A DNA stretch of 64,000 nt from Deltaproteobacteria bacterium (GCA_016183065.1 JACPFF010000006.1:107578-171577); one strand, 5' to 3'; counted from the stretch's first letter, positions 1-10,752 are shown. The notes: generated from the sequence alone by a model not told the origin. Made by a program: numbers and translations.

Positions 1-329
1 AAATAGGCAATCTGCGGCGCATGACTGGGGCCGTGTTGCCGGGCGTGCCATGTGGGGGCGTCCATATATTGTCGGAACCGTTCGTAGATCGCCGCGGCTT
101 CCACAAGATAGCTTTCGTTCTCGACGGCGGCATTTAGCGTCTCCTGCGGGAGCATGGAGAGCATGCGTACGGGGTTGGCATGGACCGATGTCCAGAGCTC
201 GGGATCGAGTTGCTCGAAGAGTTGGAGCACTTCGGGGGTCCAGGAAAAATAGAGATTGTAGGCCAGTTCATTCAGGCACTTCAGTTTTTCCGGTGTGTCG
301 GGCAAGACGACAAAACTCTCGATCTTCAT
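1..329 (-). CDS. glgP: alpha-glucan (glycogen/maltodextrin) phosphorylase, N-terminal fragment running off the left edge
   Basis: Not in the ORF track. My translation of the minus strand from ATG at 329 gives MKIESFVVLPDTPEKLKCLNELAYNLYFSWTPEVLQLFEQLDPELWTSVHANPVRML..., the conserved N-terminal region of alpha-glucan family phosphorylases. Lies 13 nt downstream of the GH57 stop on the same strand. Confidence 0.8.
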   Translation of the reverse strand, partial: MKIESFVVLPDTPEKLKCLNELAYNLYFSWTPEVLQLFEQLDPELWTSVHANPVRMLSMLPQETLNAAVENESYLVEAAAIYERFRQYMDAPTWHARQHGPSHAPQIAY

Positions 330-341
330 ACGTCCCATCCT

Positions 342-1556
342 CTAGCCGCACGCAATATGGCGCTGCCGCAGCCGCTCCCGAATGTCGTTGAGTACATTGG
401 TGTAGGTGACATAGGCTTGGTGCGGCGTGTCGTACGGGTTGAAATATTTGTGTACGTCGCCGTCGCTGAACCATTTCGTGCACATATAGTAATAATGGTC
501 GGAGGTCTGCAGTTTTCGCCAATCGTGGATGAGCGCCACATCATGCGAATCATGCACGGCCCGTTCCAGGCTATAGAGGTATTCCGCGGCGGAATCTTGC
601 ATCGGATTCCCCAACCATGCCGTTGTGTCACGCTCAATGTCTGCCCATGAAATCGTGTACGGTATATCAATTTTTGCGACGGGTGGATAGTACATAGCGA
701 CTTCGCGTGGCGTCCGAAAGACAAAATCCGGATGTTTCAGGATTTCCCCCGGCATATGGCGGAGAAACTCGAAGATCCCCGTGTCGGCCCACTGATGTTC
801 CCCGAACGTTTCATAATCCATGAAGAGATTGATTACCTCGCCATTCCCCGCGGTGGCCGTGATCCACCGCGCATATTTTTCTGCATTGAGGGGAAACTCA
901 TCCCAGTCCCGGTTGGAAAACCGGAACGCCACATCATCGGAGAGCTTGTAATTTTTGAGAAGGAGGCGGAGCCTGTACGACGGCGCGGGTTGATAGACAA
1001 AATTCGGGTTGCGCCAGCCGAGAATATGGTCCGCACCCTCAGTGAGAATCACCCGATATCCCAGTTGTTCAATCGCGGCGGCGAGGGCATTGTTGTAAAT
1101 CAACTCGGTATTCCGGAAGGTGTCGCACGGATCGACCGAAAAACATTCGCGGACTTTCTCGCGATGTGCCGCAACCTGCGCCCGGAATTCCTGCGGCGAA
1201 AAAAGAAAGGCGAGTGAATGATAATAGGTCTCCCCGAGCAGTTCAACGCACCCCGTGGCCACCAGGGCCTGAAAGGATTCAAGGACTTCGGGGGCATAGC
1301 GGGCGAATTGCTCCAGGGCCACGCCGCTCAGCGAATAACTGATGCGGAAGGCCCCCTCATGCCGGTCGATCAGCTCGCGCATGATCGCATTGGCCGGGAG
1401 GTAACACTTCGCGGCGACCTTTTGGATGATGGCGCGATTGGTGGCATCGTCGTCGTACTGGTGGTGGAGACCGATATCGAAAAACCGGTAATCCTTGCGG
1501 AGACGAAAGGGTTGATGGACCTGAAAGTAGCAACAGACCGCGATCATGGGCGACAC
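342..1556 (-). CDS. glycoside hydrolase family 57 protein (alpha-amylase / glucanotransferase type)
   Basis: 404-aa ORF. The N-terminus (CCYFQVHQPFRL...) and the later ETFGEHQW motif are typical of GH57. Embedded in a glycogen gene cluster. Confidence 0.8.
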   Translation of the reverse strand: MSPMIAVCCYFQVHQPFRLRKDYRFFDIGLHHQYDDDATNRAIIQKVAAKCYLPANAIMRELIDRHEGAFRISYSLSGVALEQFARYAPEVLESFQALVATGCVELLGETYYHSLAFLFSPQEFRAQVAAHREKVRECFSVDPCDTFRNTELIYNNALAAAIEQLGYRVILTEGADHILGWRNPNFVYQPAPSYRLRLLLKNYKLSDDVAFRFSNRDWDEFPLNAEKYARWITATAGNGEVINLFMDYETFGEHQWADTGIFEFLRHMPGEILKHPDFVFRTPREVAMYYPPVAKIDIPYTISWADIERDTTAWLGNPMQDSAAEYLYSLERAVHDSHDVALIHDWRKLQTSDHYYYMCTKWFSDGDVHKYFNPYDTPHQAYVTYTNVLNDIRERLRQRHIACG

Positions 1557-2845
1557 AGCTCCTCGTAGAGTCGGCGGCAGTGACCAGCGGCGCTATCCCA
1601 GCTGACCTGTTCCAGTTCCGCGGCTCCACGTCGCACCAATTCCCGACTGAATGTGCTGTCGGAGAGCACCTGGATGATCTTCGCGGCCAGCATCTGTATG
1701 TCCCAAAAATCGACCTTGATGGCGCTCTGCAGGACCTCGGCAATGCCGGACTGTTTCGAGACAATCGTCGGCACATGATAGAGCATGGCCTCGAACGGCG
1801 TCACGCCAAAGGGTTCGGAGACCGACGGCATGACATAGAGGTCGCTCATGGCATAGATCTGTTCAACCTCGCGTCCCTGCAGGAATCCCGTGAAATGAAA
1901 CGCCTTCTGCAGACGATAGGCTGCCACCCGCTCGATCAGCCGCGGCAACATGTCGCCGGTCCCGGCCATGACAAATCGGACATGGGGGAGCGCCTGGAGC
2001 ACCAGCCGGGCGGCCTCGACAAAATAGTCGGGACCCTTTTGCAGGGTGACGCGGCCAAGAAAGAGAACCAGTTGTTCCGAAAATCCCTTTTTGATCTGGT
2101 CCCGTTCCAGCTGTTTTTCCTTGCTGACGGCGTTGTGGATCACCGCAATTTTGTCGGGAGGAAGCCCGTAGCGCGCGATGAGCATCTCCCTGGTCCGGTG
2201 ACTGACGGCAATGATGCGGTCGGCCTGTTCCAGGCCATACCGTTCGATGTCGTAGATCTCCTGGTTCGGATGCTCGCCGGTACGGTCAAATTCGGTGGCA
2301 TGGACATGGCAGATCATCGGGCGTCCGCTGACACGCTTCGCCTCAATGGCCGCGGGAAAGGTGATCCAGTCATGGGCATGGATGATGTCGAACGTTTCCT
2401 GCAGTCCCAGGACGCTCCCGATGATGGCATACCGCCGGACTTCCTCCAACAGATCGCGGCCATATCCGCCATGCAACGCCAGCCGTTCTCCACGTCCCTG
2501 TTGCGCCGCCTGGTACTCCTGAATCCGTCGTGCCAGCGTGCGTACATGGAGGGAATAACTCTCGAGGGTGTCGTACGGTTGCAGTAGGCTGTCGATCCGG
2601 AGGAGCTTGAGCGTTTCCGGTGAGAGCCGTTCATAGAGATGGACGACACTGTTGGAGAGGGCGATTTCATTGGCGCCGATCAGCCGGAAGTGTGGAGAAA
2701 CGGGACGATTCCCATTCACACACGGCATGACAAAGAGAATGTCTATCCCCTGTCCGCTTAAGTGCGAGGTGAGGGCCTTGCAGACGGTGCCAAGACCGCC
2801 GCTCATCTGTGGGGGGAATTCCCAGCCAAACATCAGCGCCCTCAT
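1544..2845 (-). CDS. glycosyltransferase, glycogen-synthase-like (GT-B fold)
   Basis: ORF 1544..2902. The start MRALMFGWEFPPQMSGGLGTVC at 2845 forms an ATGA overlap with the upstream stop. C-terminal EPFG motif of GT4/GT5 enzymes. Confidence 0.8.
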   Translation of the reverse strand: MRALMFGWEFPPQMSGGLGTVCKALTSHLSGQGIDILFVMPCVNGNRPVSPHFRLIGANEIALSNSVVHLYERLSPETLKLLRIDSLLQPYDTLESYSLHVRTLARRIQEYQAAQQGRGERLALHGGYGRDLLEEVRRYAIIGSVLGLQETFDIIHAHDWITFPAAIEAKRVSGRPMICHVHATEFDRTGEHPNQEIYDIERYGLEQADRIIAVSHRTREMLIARYGLPPDKIAVIHNAVSKEKQLERDQIKKGFSEQLVLFLGRVTLQKGPDYFVEAARLVLQALPHVRFVMAGTGDMLPRLIERVAAYRLQKAFHFTGFLQGREVEQIYAMSDLYVMPSVSEPFGVTPFEAMLYHVPTIVSKQSGIAEVLQSAIKVDFWDIQMLAAKIIQVLSDSTFSRELVRRGAAELEQVSWDSAAGHCRRLYEELCRP

Positions 2846-4839
2846 GACCGCTCCGTTTGGTGCAATGCGTGCCAGGCCCGCAGTACTTCCGCCACGCTCC
2901 ACGCTTGGGCAATCGTCCCGCGTGGCCGATGTGGTGGTGCGGCATCAAACACTTCCGATACACTCCCCAAGCCGCGGATATAGGGATGTTCGAGGAAGAG
3001 GGGACGAAACTGCCGGAGGAGTGTCGTGCGCGTCGTCTCCCAATCTGTGGCCACACGTCGCTCGGCATCGACGTAGGCCCCGATCAGCCATGGCCAAATG
3101 GTCCCCTGGTGATAGGCCGCATCGCGTTCGGCCGGTCCTCCGACATAGGCCTTCCGGTAGGCCGGATGGTTCGGGGCCAGTGTCCGTAGGCCATAGGGGG
3201 TCACGAGATGCGTGCGGATTTGCTCCATGACCCCCTCTTGTTGATCCGCAGAGAGCGGTGACGCCGGAAGTGCGACGGCAAAGAGCTGGTTGGGTCGGAT
3301 GGCCGGATCTCCCCCGTGTTCATTGACGACATCCGCCAGAGCACGGGACTCCGCCAACCAAAACGTGGTGCCAAAACTGGTGTACATGGCATCAAGCGCC
3401 TGGGAGAGTCGTCCATCGATGGAAAGGCCCGCTTCAAGGGCGAGCGCCCGGTGAAAGAGGAGGGCATTGAACCAGAGGGCGTTGATTTCCACGGCGTATC
3501 CGTGCCGGGGCGTCACGGGGACCCCCTGGTCCTTGGCATCCATCCACGTCAACTGTGTGTCCGGGCTGCCGGTCCACAAGAGCCCCTGCGAATGGCACGC
3601 GACGTTGGGGACTGCGCCCGTGGCGTAGCTGTGCAACAGGTCCGTGATGAGCGGCAACCAGCGCTGCCGGAAGGCCGGGCGCTCCTTGGCGAGTGGCGCG
3701 AGTCGTTGCAGCGCCAAGATCATCCACAGGCTCGTATCGACGGCATTATAGGCATGATGCGATTCATCGATCGCCAAAAAATTGGGAATGACGCCGTGGT
3801 GTCGTCGCGACACAAAAGTCTGGAGGATCGGTTCGGCCATGGCTGCGAATCCGCAATGATAGGCCAGCCCGGGCACGGCGATCATGGCATCGCGACCCCA
3901 GGCATCGAACCACGGATAGCCGGCAAGAATGGCGGGTTCCCCGGAGGGATGGGTCATCACAAAGTCCTCGCCTTTCACCATAAGATGCCGGATGGGGAGC
4001 GGTGCATCCGTGAACGCATCCCACCGGGTCTCACGTCGGGTCACTTCGCGGGTCCATTGCTTTGCAATCGGCGCGTGTGGTTCTTGCAGTGTTGCGCGGA
4101 GAAAGAGCGTGTTTCCCCGGTGCAGGGTTGCCTCGAGGATGCCGGGGCAAAAGAGATCCTCTTGATAGGGAAATCCCCGCGCACGTTCCTTCAGATATTC
4201 GACGTTGTGGACCCAATAGGGCCCCGGATAGAAGACCGTTGCCGGCATGGTATCGAAAAAGAGTGGCGGCAACCCTTCGTAGGGGTGAATGGTATTGTAC
4301 GTGTCATGCACGAAGGTCCGGACGCGGAGCGCCATGTTTTGCCGCGTGAGCGCGTGAATGTTCCGGAAGGCGAGCCAGAGATGGAGTTGCAGCGTGACAG
4401 GAGACGAGGCCGACAAGACCTCGAAACGGAGGAGGAGCGTGTGTTCGCCGCGCACCAAGAGGAGCGCGCGGCGCAAACGGACGTCCCCGACCCGGTACGT
4501 GACTTCCGGATGGCAAAGAAATGCGGCCGATTCGATATATTGATGTCCGGTGGGATGAAAGACTCCCGGATATTTATTGGTGGAGAGGGGAAACGGTTTG
4601 CCGCCCAGCAGGAGGATCGGCTCGACTTTTGATACGAACAGTTGTCGCTCATTGACGGTCGCAACCGGGGCGCTGAGCAGACCATGGTATTTCCGCGTAT
4701 GACAATCGAGAATGGTACTCGAGGCATAGCCGCCACACCCGTCGGTTTCGAGCCACTCATGCCGGAGTGCGGACTCCAGATTGAGACACTCCTCCCGAGA
4801 AAAATTCGGCGGCTGCGATGTCGTCCGTTCCCCCTCCAT
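2842..4839 (-). CDS. glycogen debranching enzyme (amylo-alpha-1,6-glucosidase type)
   Basis: 665-aa ORF. The N-terminus (EWLETDGCGGYASSTILDCHTRKYHGLL) and the C-terminal GDE-like region (YHQGTIWPWL) are typical of bacterial/archaeal debranching enzymes. Confidence 0.8.
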   Translation of the reverse strand: MEGERTTSQPPNFSREECLNLESALRHEWLETDGCGGYASSTILDCHTRKYHGLLSAPVATVNERQLFVSKVEPILLLGGKPFPLSTNKYPGVFHPTGHQYIESAAFLCHPEVTYRVGDVRLRRALLLVRGEHTLLLRFEVLSASSPVTLQLHLWLAFRNIHALTRQNMALRVRTFVHDTYNTIHPYEGLPPLFFDTMPATVFYPGPYWVHNVEYLKERARGFPYQEDLFCPGILEATLHRGNTLFLRATLQEPHAPIAKQWTREVTRRETRWDAFTDAPLPIRHLMVKGEDFVMTHPSGEPAILAGYPWFDAWGRDAMIAVPGLAYHCGFAAMAEPILQTFVSRRHHGVIPNFLAIDESHHAYNAVDTSLWMILALQRLAPLAKERPAFRQRWLPLITDLLHSYATGAVPNVACHSQGLLWTGSPDTQLTWMDAKDQGVPVTPRHGYAVEINALWFNALLFHRALALEAGLSIDGRLSQALDAMYTSFGTTFWLAESRALADVVNEHGGDPAIRPNQLFAVALPASPLSADQQEGVMEQIRTHLVTPYGLRTLAPNHPAYRKAYVGGPAERDAAYHQGTIWPWLIGAYVDAERRVATDWETTRTTLLRQFRPLFLEHPYIRGLGSVSEVFDAAPPHRPRGTIAQAWSVAEVLRAWHALHQTERS

Positions 4840-4905
4840 ACTTCTTGCTCACTTCCGACAGCGCACGTTCATGATCATGCGCACGGCACGCGTTTTCCGC
4901 AATCA

Positions 4906-5118
4906 TCAATGGATCGACCGGTGGGCTTCCAGATAGAGACCGATTTCATCCCGGGCTTCCTGCGTGGTGACCCACTCTTGGAACCCCTGTAGTTCTAAAT
5001 TGTGCAGGAGCGAGAGCCATTCATCGTGATTCCAGCCACGGCGATCCCGTAGCCAGTCGTTCAGTTCTTTCTTCGGGAATCGTTTCCCTCCCCGTCGTTG
5101 TTGCAGTGCCAGTTGCAT
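4906..5118 (-). CDS. hypothetical small protein (70 aa)
   Basis: ORF 4906..5154. The internal ATG at 5118 is preceded by GGGAGGA at good spacing. No recognisable family. Confidence 0.45.
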   Translation of the reverse strand: MQLALQQRRGGKRFPKKELNDWLRDRRGWNHDEWLSLLHNLELQGFQEWVTTQEARDEIGLYLEAHRSIH

Positions 5119-5283
5119 CGGTTCCTCCCTCTTGGTGCGTGCGAGCCACGTCATCGTCTCCTCCTTAGGTGATCATGATAGTCAATCATTGTGTGGAATC
5201 GATCTTCATGCACCCGCACTCTATGCGCTGCTCTCCGTGCGATCGCAACAATATTTTGGTGAACTGTGGATCACGGTGTGCTG

Positions 5284-5916
5284 TTATGCGGCGAGAACCG
5301 GGAAGAGCATCTGGAGTCCCTCGGCAATAAATTCCACAGCAATGGCGGCCAGGATGAGTCCCATCACGCGGATGATGATGTTGAGGCCGGTCCGTCCGAG
5401 ACGACTGACGAGGGGGGTGGAAAAACGGAGCGAGAGAAAGACGATGGCCGCCACAAGGCAGATATTCCCGACCAAGATCAGATAGTCTTCCCAGGTATTG
5501 GCCTGGTGTCGATAGAGAATCACGGTGCTGATCGATCCCGGTCCTGCCAGGAGTGGAATGCCTAAGGGGACGACGGAAAATTCGGCCTTGTGTTGGACCT
5601 CCGCCCGTTCCTCCCGGGATTGCTTGGCGCCGGAGCGCCGTGCATGCAACATGGCAATGGCCATGAGGAGAATGAGAATGCCGCCGCCCACGCGAAACGA
5701 GGCAATACTGATCCCGAAAAAATGGAGAAGATGTTCGCCGGCAAAGGCCGCGATGAGCAAGACGACCACGACTGTGAGTGCCGTGGTCCTCGCGGCAATG
5801 GACCGCTCCCGGGATGGCAGGGCCTCCGAGAGCGAGGCAAAGATGGGAATCGCGCCCAACGGATTCAGGACCGCCACCAAGGCGGCAAAGAGTTTCAGAA
5901 AATGCGTGAATTCCAT
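5284..5916 (-). CDS. marC: MarC family (UPF0056) integral membrane protein
   Basis: 210 aa with multiple hydrophobic segments. The N-terminus (FAALVAVLNPLGAIPIF) is characteristic of MarC/UPF0056. Confidence 0.75.
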   Translation of the reverse strand: MEFTHFLKLFAALVAVLNPLGAIPIFASLSEALPSRERSIAARTTALTVVVVLLIAAFAGEHLLHFFGISIASFRVGGGILILLMAIAMLHARRSGAKQSREERAEVQHKAEFSVVPLGIPLLAGPGSISTVILYRHQANTWEDYLILVGNICLVAAIVFLSLRFSTPLVSRLGRTGLNIIIRVMGLILAAIAVEFIAEGLQMLFPVLAA

Positions 5917-6065
5917 GGACGTCCTTCTAGCCGATCATCATCGGGACGCAAGATAATAAAGGGATTCCATGGACACCTCGCGGCGTTGATGGGTGGTGGT
6001 CGTCTTCGCAGTGGTTCCGCTTCCCACCTTGACTTTACTCTCCGCGTTCGGCACGGTGCACGGCG

Positions 6066-7400
6066 ATGGAGAAGATCACCCTCGATATGACCGGTGTCTT
6101 GGCCGATGCCATCGGGGAGCCGCATGGTATCACCGCGCAGGAATGGGACGCCATGCTGCCGCGATTACGCACGGCGCAGCAGCGCCTTTGCGAACGGCAT
6201 GCCATGCATCAGCTCGGCTTTGCCGAACTCCCCTTTGATCAGGCGACGGTCGAGTCGATCCTGAAGGTTGCGCAGCAAGTCCGGTATCGCTTTGACCATG
6301 TGGTCGTTTTGGGCATTGGCGGATCGGCCTTAGGTCTGCGCGCCATGTTGGAGGCGTTGCTCAATCCGTCCGTTGTCATGCATGATAGCCTCGATCGGCG
6401 ATCGGTCCCGACGCTCTCCATTTTCGACAATGTCGATCCGGACGCCTTTGTCCCGGGTATTCAACAACTCGATTGGCGAATGACGTGCGTCAATGTCGTC
6501 AGCAAATCGGGAAAGACCGTGGAGACGGGGGCGCAATGGCTGATTGTGCGGGAGCTATTGCAGAAGCGATTCGGGTCGCAGCGATGGAAAGACCATGTCA
6601 TCGTGACGACAGATCCGGCCACCGGCCCGCTCCGGGCCATGGTGATTTGCGAAGGCCTCAGGAGTTTTGAGGTGCCACCCAATGTGGGGGGGCGATTTTC
6701 CGCATTGACGCCCGTGGCACTTTTTCCCGCCGCGTGTGCCGGCATTGATATTGCCGAGATGATCGCCGGCGCACAGGCCATGGCAGAGCGGTGTTTCAGC
6801 GAGGCCATCGAGGAAAACAGTGCCGCCCAGTTGGCCGGGATCCATTATCTCCTCGATACCGCGCACCAGAAGTCCATGGCGGTCATGATGCCGTATGCCC
6901 AGGCTCTGCGCCGTTTCACGGACTGGTATGTCCAGCTGCTGGCGGAGAGTCTGGGCAAGCAGGGGCTGGGGCAGACGCCGATCCCCGCCGTCGGGGCCAC
7001 GGACCAGCATTCTCAACTCCAGCTCTTTGTTGACGGGCCGAACAACAAGGTGGTCACCATCATGACTGTTGCCCATCACAATTGTGCGGTGACCATCCCG
7101 CACACGGATGAGCCGTCTTTTGCCTTTCTCGGCGGACACGACATGGCAACCTTGCTGCAGGGAGAGGCCATGGCCACGCGCCAGTCCCTGCAGGAGGCGC
7201 AGCGACCGACCCTCCATCTCCAGCTGCCGCGATTATCCCCGCACACCTTCGGTGCATTGCTCTTCTGCTATGAATGGCACGTTGCACTGTTGGGGGAGTT
7301 GTACGGGCTTAACGCGTTCGACCAGCCTGGCGTTGAACGCGGGAAACAGTTGACGCGCGAGCATCTCCGGCAGCAGCGACCAATGCCCTCCGTTGCGTGA
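6066..7400 (+). CDS. pgi: glucose-6-phosphate isomerase
   Basis: 444 aa. Motifs GIGGSALG, VSKSGKTVET, GGRFS and the C-terminal FDQPGVERGK are typical of PGI. Confidence 0.85.
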   Translation: MEKITLDMTGVLADAIGEPHGITAQEWDAMLPRLRTAQQRLCERHAMHQLGFAELPFDQATVESILKVAQQVRYRFDHVVVLGIGGSALGLRAMLEALLNPSVVMHDSLDRRSVPTLSIFDNVDPDAFVPGIQQLDWRMTCVNVVSKSGKTVETGAQWLIVRELLQKRFGSQRWKDHVIVTTDPATGPLRAMVICEGLRSFEVPPNVGGRFSALTPVALFPAACAGIDIAEMIAGAQAMAERCFSEAIEENSAAQLAGIHYLLDTAHQKSMAVMMPYAQALRRFTDWYVQLLAESLGKQGLGQTPIPAVGATDQHSQLQLFVDGPNNKVVTIMTVAHHNCAVTIPHTDEPSFAFLGGHDMATLLQGEAMATRQSLQEAQRPTLHLQLPRLSPHTFGALLFCYEWHVALLGELYGLNAFDQPGVERGKQLTREHLRQQRPMPSVA

Positions 7401-8265
7401 GTCCCTCCCCGACCATCTGCTGAATCGTCTGCCGGAGTTCCTCGGTGAGCGTATGAATCCGCAACGGATCCTGGAGGAGCTGTTGTGGCAGGCGGTCATA
7501 GCGGATCGGTTTTCCAAAGATCATGACCCATTGCGACGGGAGGGGGATGAGCCCCATTGGGCCGAGCCAGGGAAAGGTCGGGGTGATGGGAAGGAAGGGG
7601 AGGCCAAAAAGTTTTGCAAAGAGGTGGGTCTTCCACAGGATCGGATGGATCTCTTCTGCACCGACCACGGCGCACGGAATGATGGGGGTCCGCGTCCGGA
7701 TCGCCAACCGCACCACGCCACCCCGGCCGAAACGGGAGAGGCGATACCGGTCTTTGTACAGTTTGCTGATCCCCTTGACCCCCTCGGGAAATACCGTGAG
7801 GAGTTCGTCATGTTTGAGGAGGCGTTCCGCATTTTCCGGACAGGCGCGGACACCGCCGACCCGATTGAAGAACGTCCCGATGAACGGCAGATACTGGATC
7901 AAATCCTCGACCAGAAACCGGGTCATGCGATGCTGACGATGGTGCTTGAAGACGGCCATGTGAATCATCGCCCCGTCATAGGCGAGGGTGCCGGAGTGGT
8001 TGGCGACGATCAAGGCGCGTCCCTTGGCGGGAATATGATGCACCCCGCGGGCCTGGACCCGCCAATAGGTGTCATACATAAAATCGAACAGGGGACGGAC
8101 GCGTTCCATAAAGCCCAAGTCGCGGCCGAATTCGTCGACATCGTCATCCAGGGCGTTGGGCGCGGCAAACGAGTGCCAGGCGCGTGCGACATGCTCCAGC
8201 AATTCCAGTAACTGGGGATGGTCACGCACTGTCTGATGCAGCAGTGTCTTCAGTGGTGTCGTCAT
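7309..8265 (-). CDS. lysophospholipid / 1-acyl-sn-glycerol-3-phosphate acyltransferase family protein
   Basis: ORF 7309..8358. Carries the acyltransferase motifs ANHSG and FPEGVKG. Start chosen at MTTPLKTLL (8265). The 3' end overlaps pgi convergently by 92 nt. Confidence 0.7.
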   Translation of the reverse strand: MTTPLKTLLHQTVRDHPQLLELLEHVARAWHSFAAPNALDDDVDEFGRDLGFMERVRPLFDFMYDTYWRVQARGVHHIPAKGRALIVANHSGTLAYDGAMIHMAVFKHHRQHRMTRFLVEDLIQYLPFIGTFFNRVGGVRACPENAERLLKHDELLTVFPEGVKGISKLYKDRYRLSRFGRGGVVRLAIRTRTPIIPCAVVGAEEIHPILWKTHLFAKLFGLPFLPITPTFPWLGPMGLIPLPSQWVMIFGKPIRYDRLPQQLLQDPLRIHTLTEELRQTIQQMVGEGLTQRRALVAAAGDARASTVSRVQRQAGRTR

Positions 8266-9217
8266 GGCCTTGCCCTTCCTGAAAACTGAAGAGGACCTCC
8301 TGTAATGAATAGACGGGATGAAAGGCGAGCGCTTTTTTTGCCTTCTCCCCATCGGCAATGCAGGGATACTGCAAAAAATGGATGTGGGAGGGGGGCGTCG
8401 GTTGCAAATTCAGATGCCACAAGGTTTGAAAGGTGTTCCACAGCACGGCACGTGGCAGGGGAATCCGGACCTTGCCGACCGTGGCCAGTGCGCGGGAGAG
8501 TGGCAAGACGCCATCGCCGACGATATTGAATGCCCCGGCGGCATCTTTCTCAATCGCCAGGAGAAAGGCGCGCAGGACGTCGTTTTCGTGGACATATTGC
8601 ACCAGCGGATCAAAACCGAGCACGGTCGGAATGACCGGTTTTTTCAGCAGGTGTGTCTTGTAGTTGCGGATCTTGGGACCCAAGATCGTGCAGGGACGCA
8701 TGATGGTCACGACAGAGTGCGGATGCTGTCTGGCAAAGGTCGCGACCTGTTCCTCCACATCGATCTTGTCACGGAGAAACGCACTGAGACTGCCACCCCG
8801 CAGCGGATGCGTCTCCGACAGAAAGTTGGGATTGTCGGGAAAGGCGCCGTAGACTTCCGTCGTTGAACTCAGGATCACCTTGCGGATCTTGGCGGCATTC
8901 ACCGCGTGGAGCAGGTGCATGGTGCCGATCGACTGGAGTTCGTGCGAATATTCCTCGTGACGCTTCGGCTGGGAGTGGAGCGCGGCGTGGACCACGAGAT
9001 CGCACTGGTGCCGCCGCAGAATCTCCGCCAGGTGCTCGTTTGCGTATGGTGCCGTCAGGTCACAGTCGATACCTTCCACCCGCGGTGCGGTGATGGGCGG
9101 CGGCAGCCGGTCGATGGCGAGGCACCGCGGCCCCCGTTTGCGGCTCGACAAGGCCTCGAGGAGCATCTTGCCGATAAATCCGGTCGTGCCGGTGATGGCA
9201 ATGCTACGGTGCTTCAT
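8222..9217 (-). CDS. NAD-dependent epimerase/dehydratase (extended SDR)
   Basis: 331 aa with the N-terminal Rossmann motif ITGTTGFIGKML. Confidence 0.8.
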   Translation of the reverse strand: MKHRSIAITGTTGFIGKMLLEALSSRKRGPRCLAIDRLPPPITAPRVEGIDCDLTAPYANEHLAEILRRHQCDLVVHAALHSQPKRHEEYSHELQSIGTMHLLHAVNAAKIRKVILSSTTEVYGAFPDNPNFLSETHPLRGGSLSAFLRDKIDVEEQVATFARQHPHSVVTIMRPCTILGPKIRNYKTHLLKKPVIPTVLGFDPLVQYVHENDVLRAFLLAIEKDAAGAFNIVGDGVLPLSRALATVGKVRIPLPRAVLWNTFQTLWHLNLQPTPPSHIHFLQYPCIADGEKAKKALAFHPVYSLQEVLFSFQEGQGHDDTTEDTAASDSA

Positions 9218-9432
9218 GCGATGGCGGGGAGACTAGCATAGGGGCCATGGTCATCACAAGCAAACTGCGGGGGACATGAGAGTGAGATCGATGGGTTTTC
9301 ATCGAATAATTTTAGGTAGATCTAATGATGCTTCGTGGGCAAGGCTCTGTAGGTCCGCAAGACTCATTATCGGAAATGATATTGGCAATATTTAGTATTT
9401 ACAATTTCCGATATTACCGATATATTGCCAGT

Positions 9433-10752
9433 ATGGCAAAATTGACGATAGCGCAACTGGTGCAAGAAGGGGAAGGATACCTGGTCGAGTTTAAGGAATC
9501 TCCGGCACATCTCGAAAAGGAGATGACTGCATTTGCCAATGCCAATGGAGGAACGATTTATATCGGGATTTCCGATCGGGGAAAGATTGTGCCAATTGCC
9601 CTGACGAACCGACTTCGGGCACAGATACAGGCTGCGGCCCGAAGCTGTGAACCACCGCCGGGCGTCCAGCTCGGGAGCCATGGCCCCTTGATCGCAGTGC
9701 ATGTACAGGAAAGTTCCGACAAGCCCGTCCGCGCCCCCAACGGGTTCTTTCTCCGCATTGGTGCCAGTTCACAGAAACTCACCAGGAACGAAATCTTTGC
9801 CTTTGCTGTCAAAGAGGCGAAAATATTATTTGATACGCAACTGTATGTTGAACACCCCGCAAACGAACTCTTAAATATTCGGCAGCTTGAACATTTTCGT
9901 GATCAGGCCCGTCTTGAGATCAATGTCGACAATCTCACCTTGCTGGAAAATTTGGGCTGTCTGAAAAGACAGAAACAGACACCATATTTGACGTATGCAG
10001 GCATTTTACTTTTTTCACAGGATCCGCAGAAAATATTTCCCCATGCCATCATTACTATGCTGCATATGGAAGATGTGGCGACCATTGCCGAACAAAAAAT
10101 TTTCGGCGGTACCCTATTGCATCAGGTCGAACAGGCCTTCCGTTTCTTGACGACACATCTGCGGTCTCATCCCTCCATCGAGACGTTGCGCCGTTCGGAA
10201 CACTTAGAACTTCCCGAATCTGTATTGCGAGAGTTATTGGTCAATGCGGTGGTGCATCGAGATTATTTTGAGCGATCGGCGGATGTGACTGTGAAAATCC
10301 TTCCCGATTCCATTGAATTTTCAAATCCAGGCCGTGTCAGCGATCATATTCCTCTCGATGCCGTCTATGGGAAAAGCTATCGCCGCAATCCGATGATTGC
10401 GGACCTCTTTTACCGCGCGCGGTATATTGAACGTGCTGGGACCGGTCTGCTGCGCGTGAAAAAAGTGCTCAATGATCTCGGGCTTCCTGATTTGCGCATT
10501 GAGGAGGAGGGACCATTTGTCATTGCAACGTTGACTCGCCGCACGGGTGCCTTCATTCGAGCCGAACTCACAGACCGACAACAGCAGTTCATGCAAATGC
10601 CCTCGACATTCTTTCCGTTCTCCGCAGCGGCGTATGCCCGCCATTTTTGTATTAGTGAACGTGCAGCGCGCCTCGATATCAAATCATTAGTGCAGAAAAA
10701 AATACTGATTACGATTCGACATGGTCGACACATTCGTTATGCGTTGGCGTGA
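9433..10752 (+). CDS. AlbA_2 (Schlafen-type) domain / HATPase_c_4-like ATP-binding protein with C-terminal HTH
   Basis: ORF 9325..10752, start taken at MAKLTIAQL. EGEGYLVEFKES...AFANANGGTIYIGISD matches the AlbA_2 pattern. LRELLVNAVVHRDYF matches the 'RecG C-terminal-like' ATPase pattern. The gene is visibly AT-richer than its flanks. Confidence 0.7.
   Translation: MAKLTIAQLVQEGEGYLVEFKESPAHLEKEMTAFANANGGTIYIGISDRGKIVPIALTNRLRAQIQAAARSCEPPPGVQLGSHGPLIAVHVQESSDKPVRAPNGFFLRIGASSQKLTRNEIFAFAVKEAKILFDTQLYVEHPANELLNIRQLEHFRDQARLEINVDNLTLLENLGCLKRQKQTPYLTYAGILLFSQDPQKIFPHAIITMLHMEDVATIAEQKIFGGTLLHQVEQAFRFLTTHLRSHPSIETLRRSEHLELPESVLRELLVNAVVHRDYFERSADVTVKILPDSIEFSNPGRVSDHIPLDAVYGKSYRRNPMIADLFYRARYIERAGTGLLRVKKVLNDLGLPDLRIEEEGPFVIATLTRRTGAFIRAELTDRQQQFMQMPSTFFPFSAAAYARHFCISERAARLDIKSLVQKKILITIRHGRHIRYALA

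Noticed and set aside
7309-7400. 92-nt convergent overlap of pgi and the acyltransferase gene (and the 44-nt overlap at 8222-8265)
   Set aside because: Most likely unstructured C-terminal tails or uncertain start choice in GC-rich DNA with few stop codons. No additional signal was seen.
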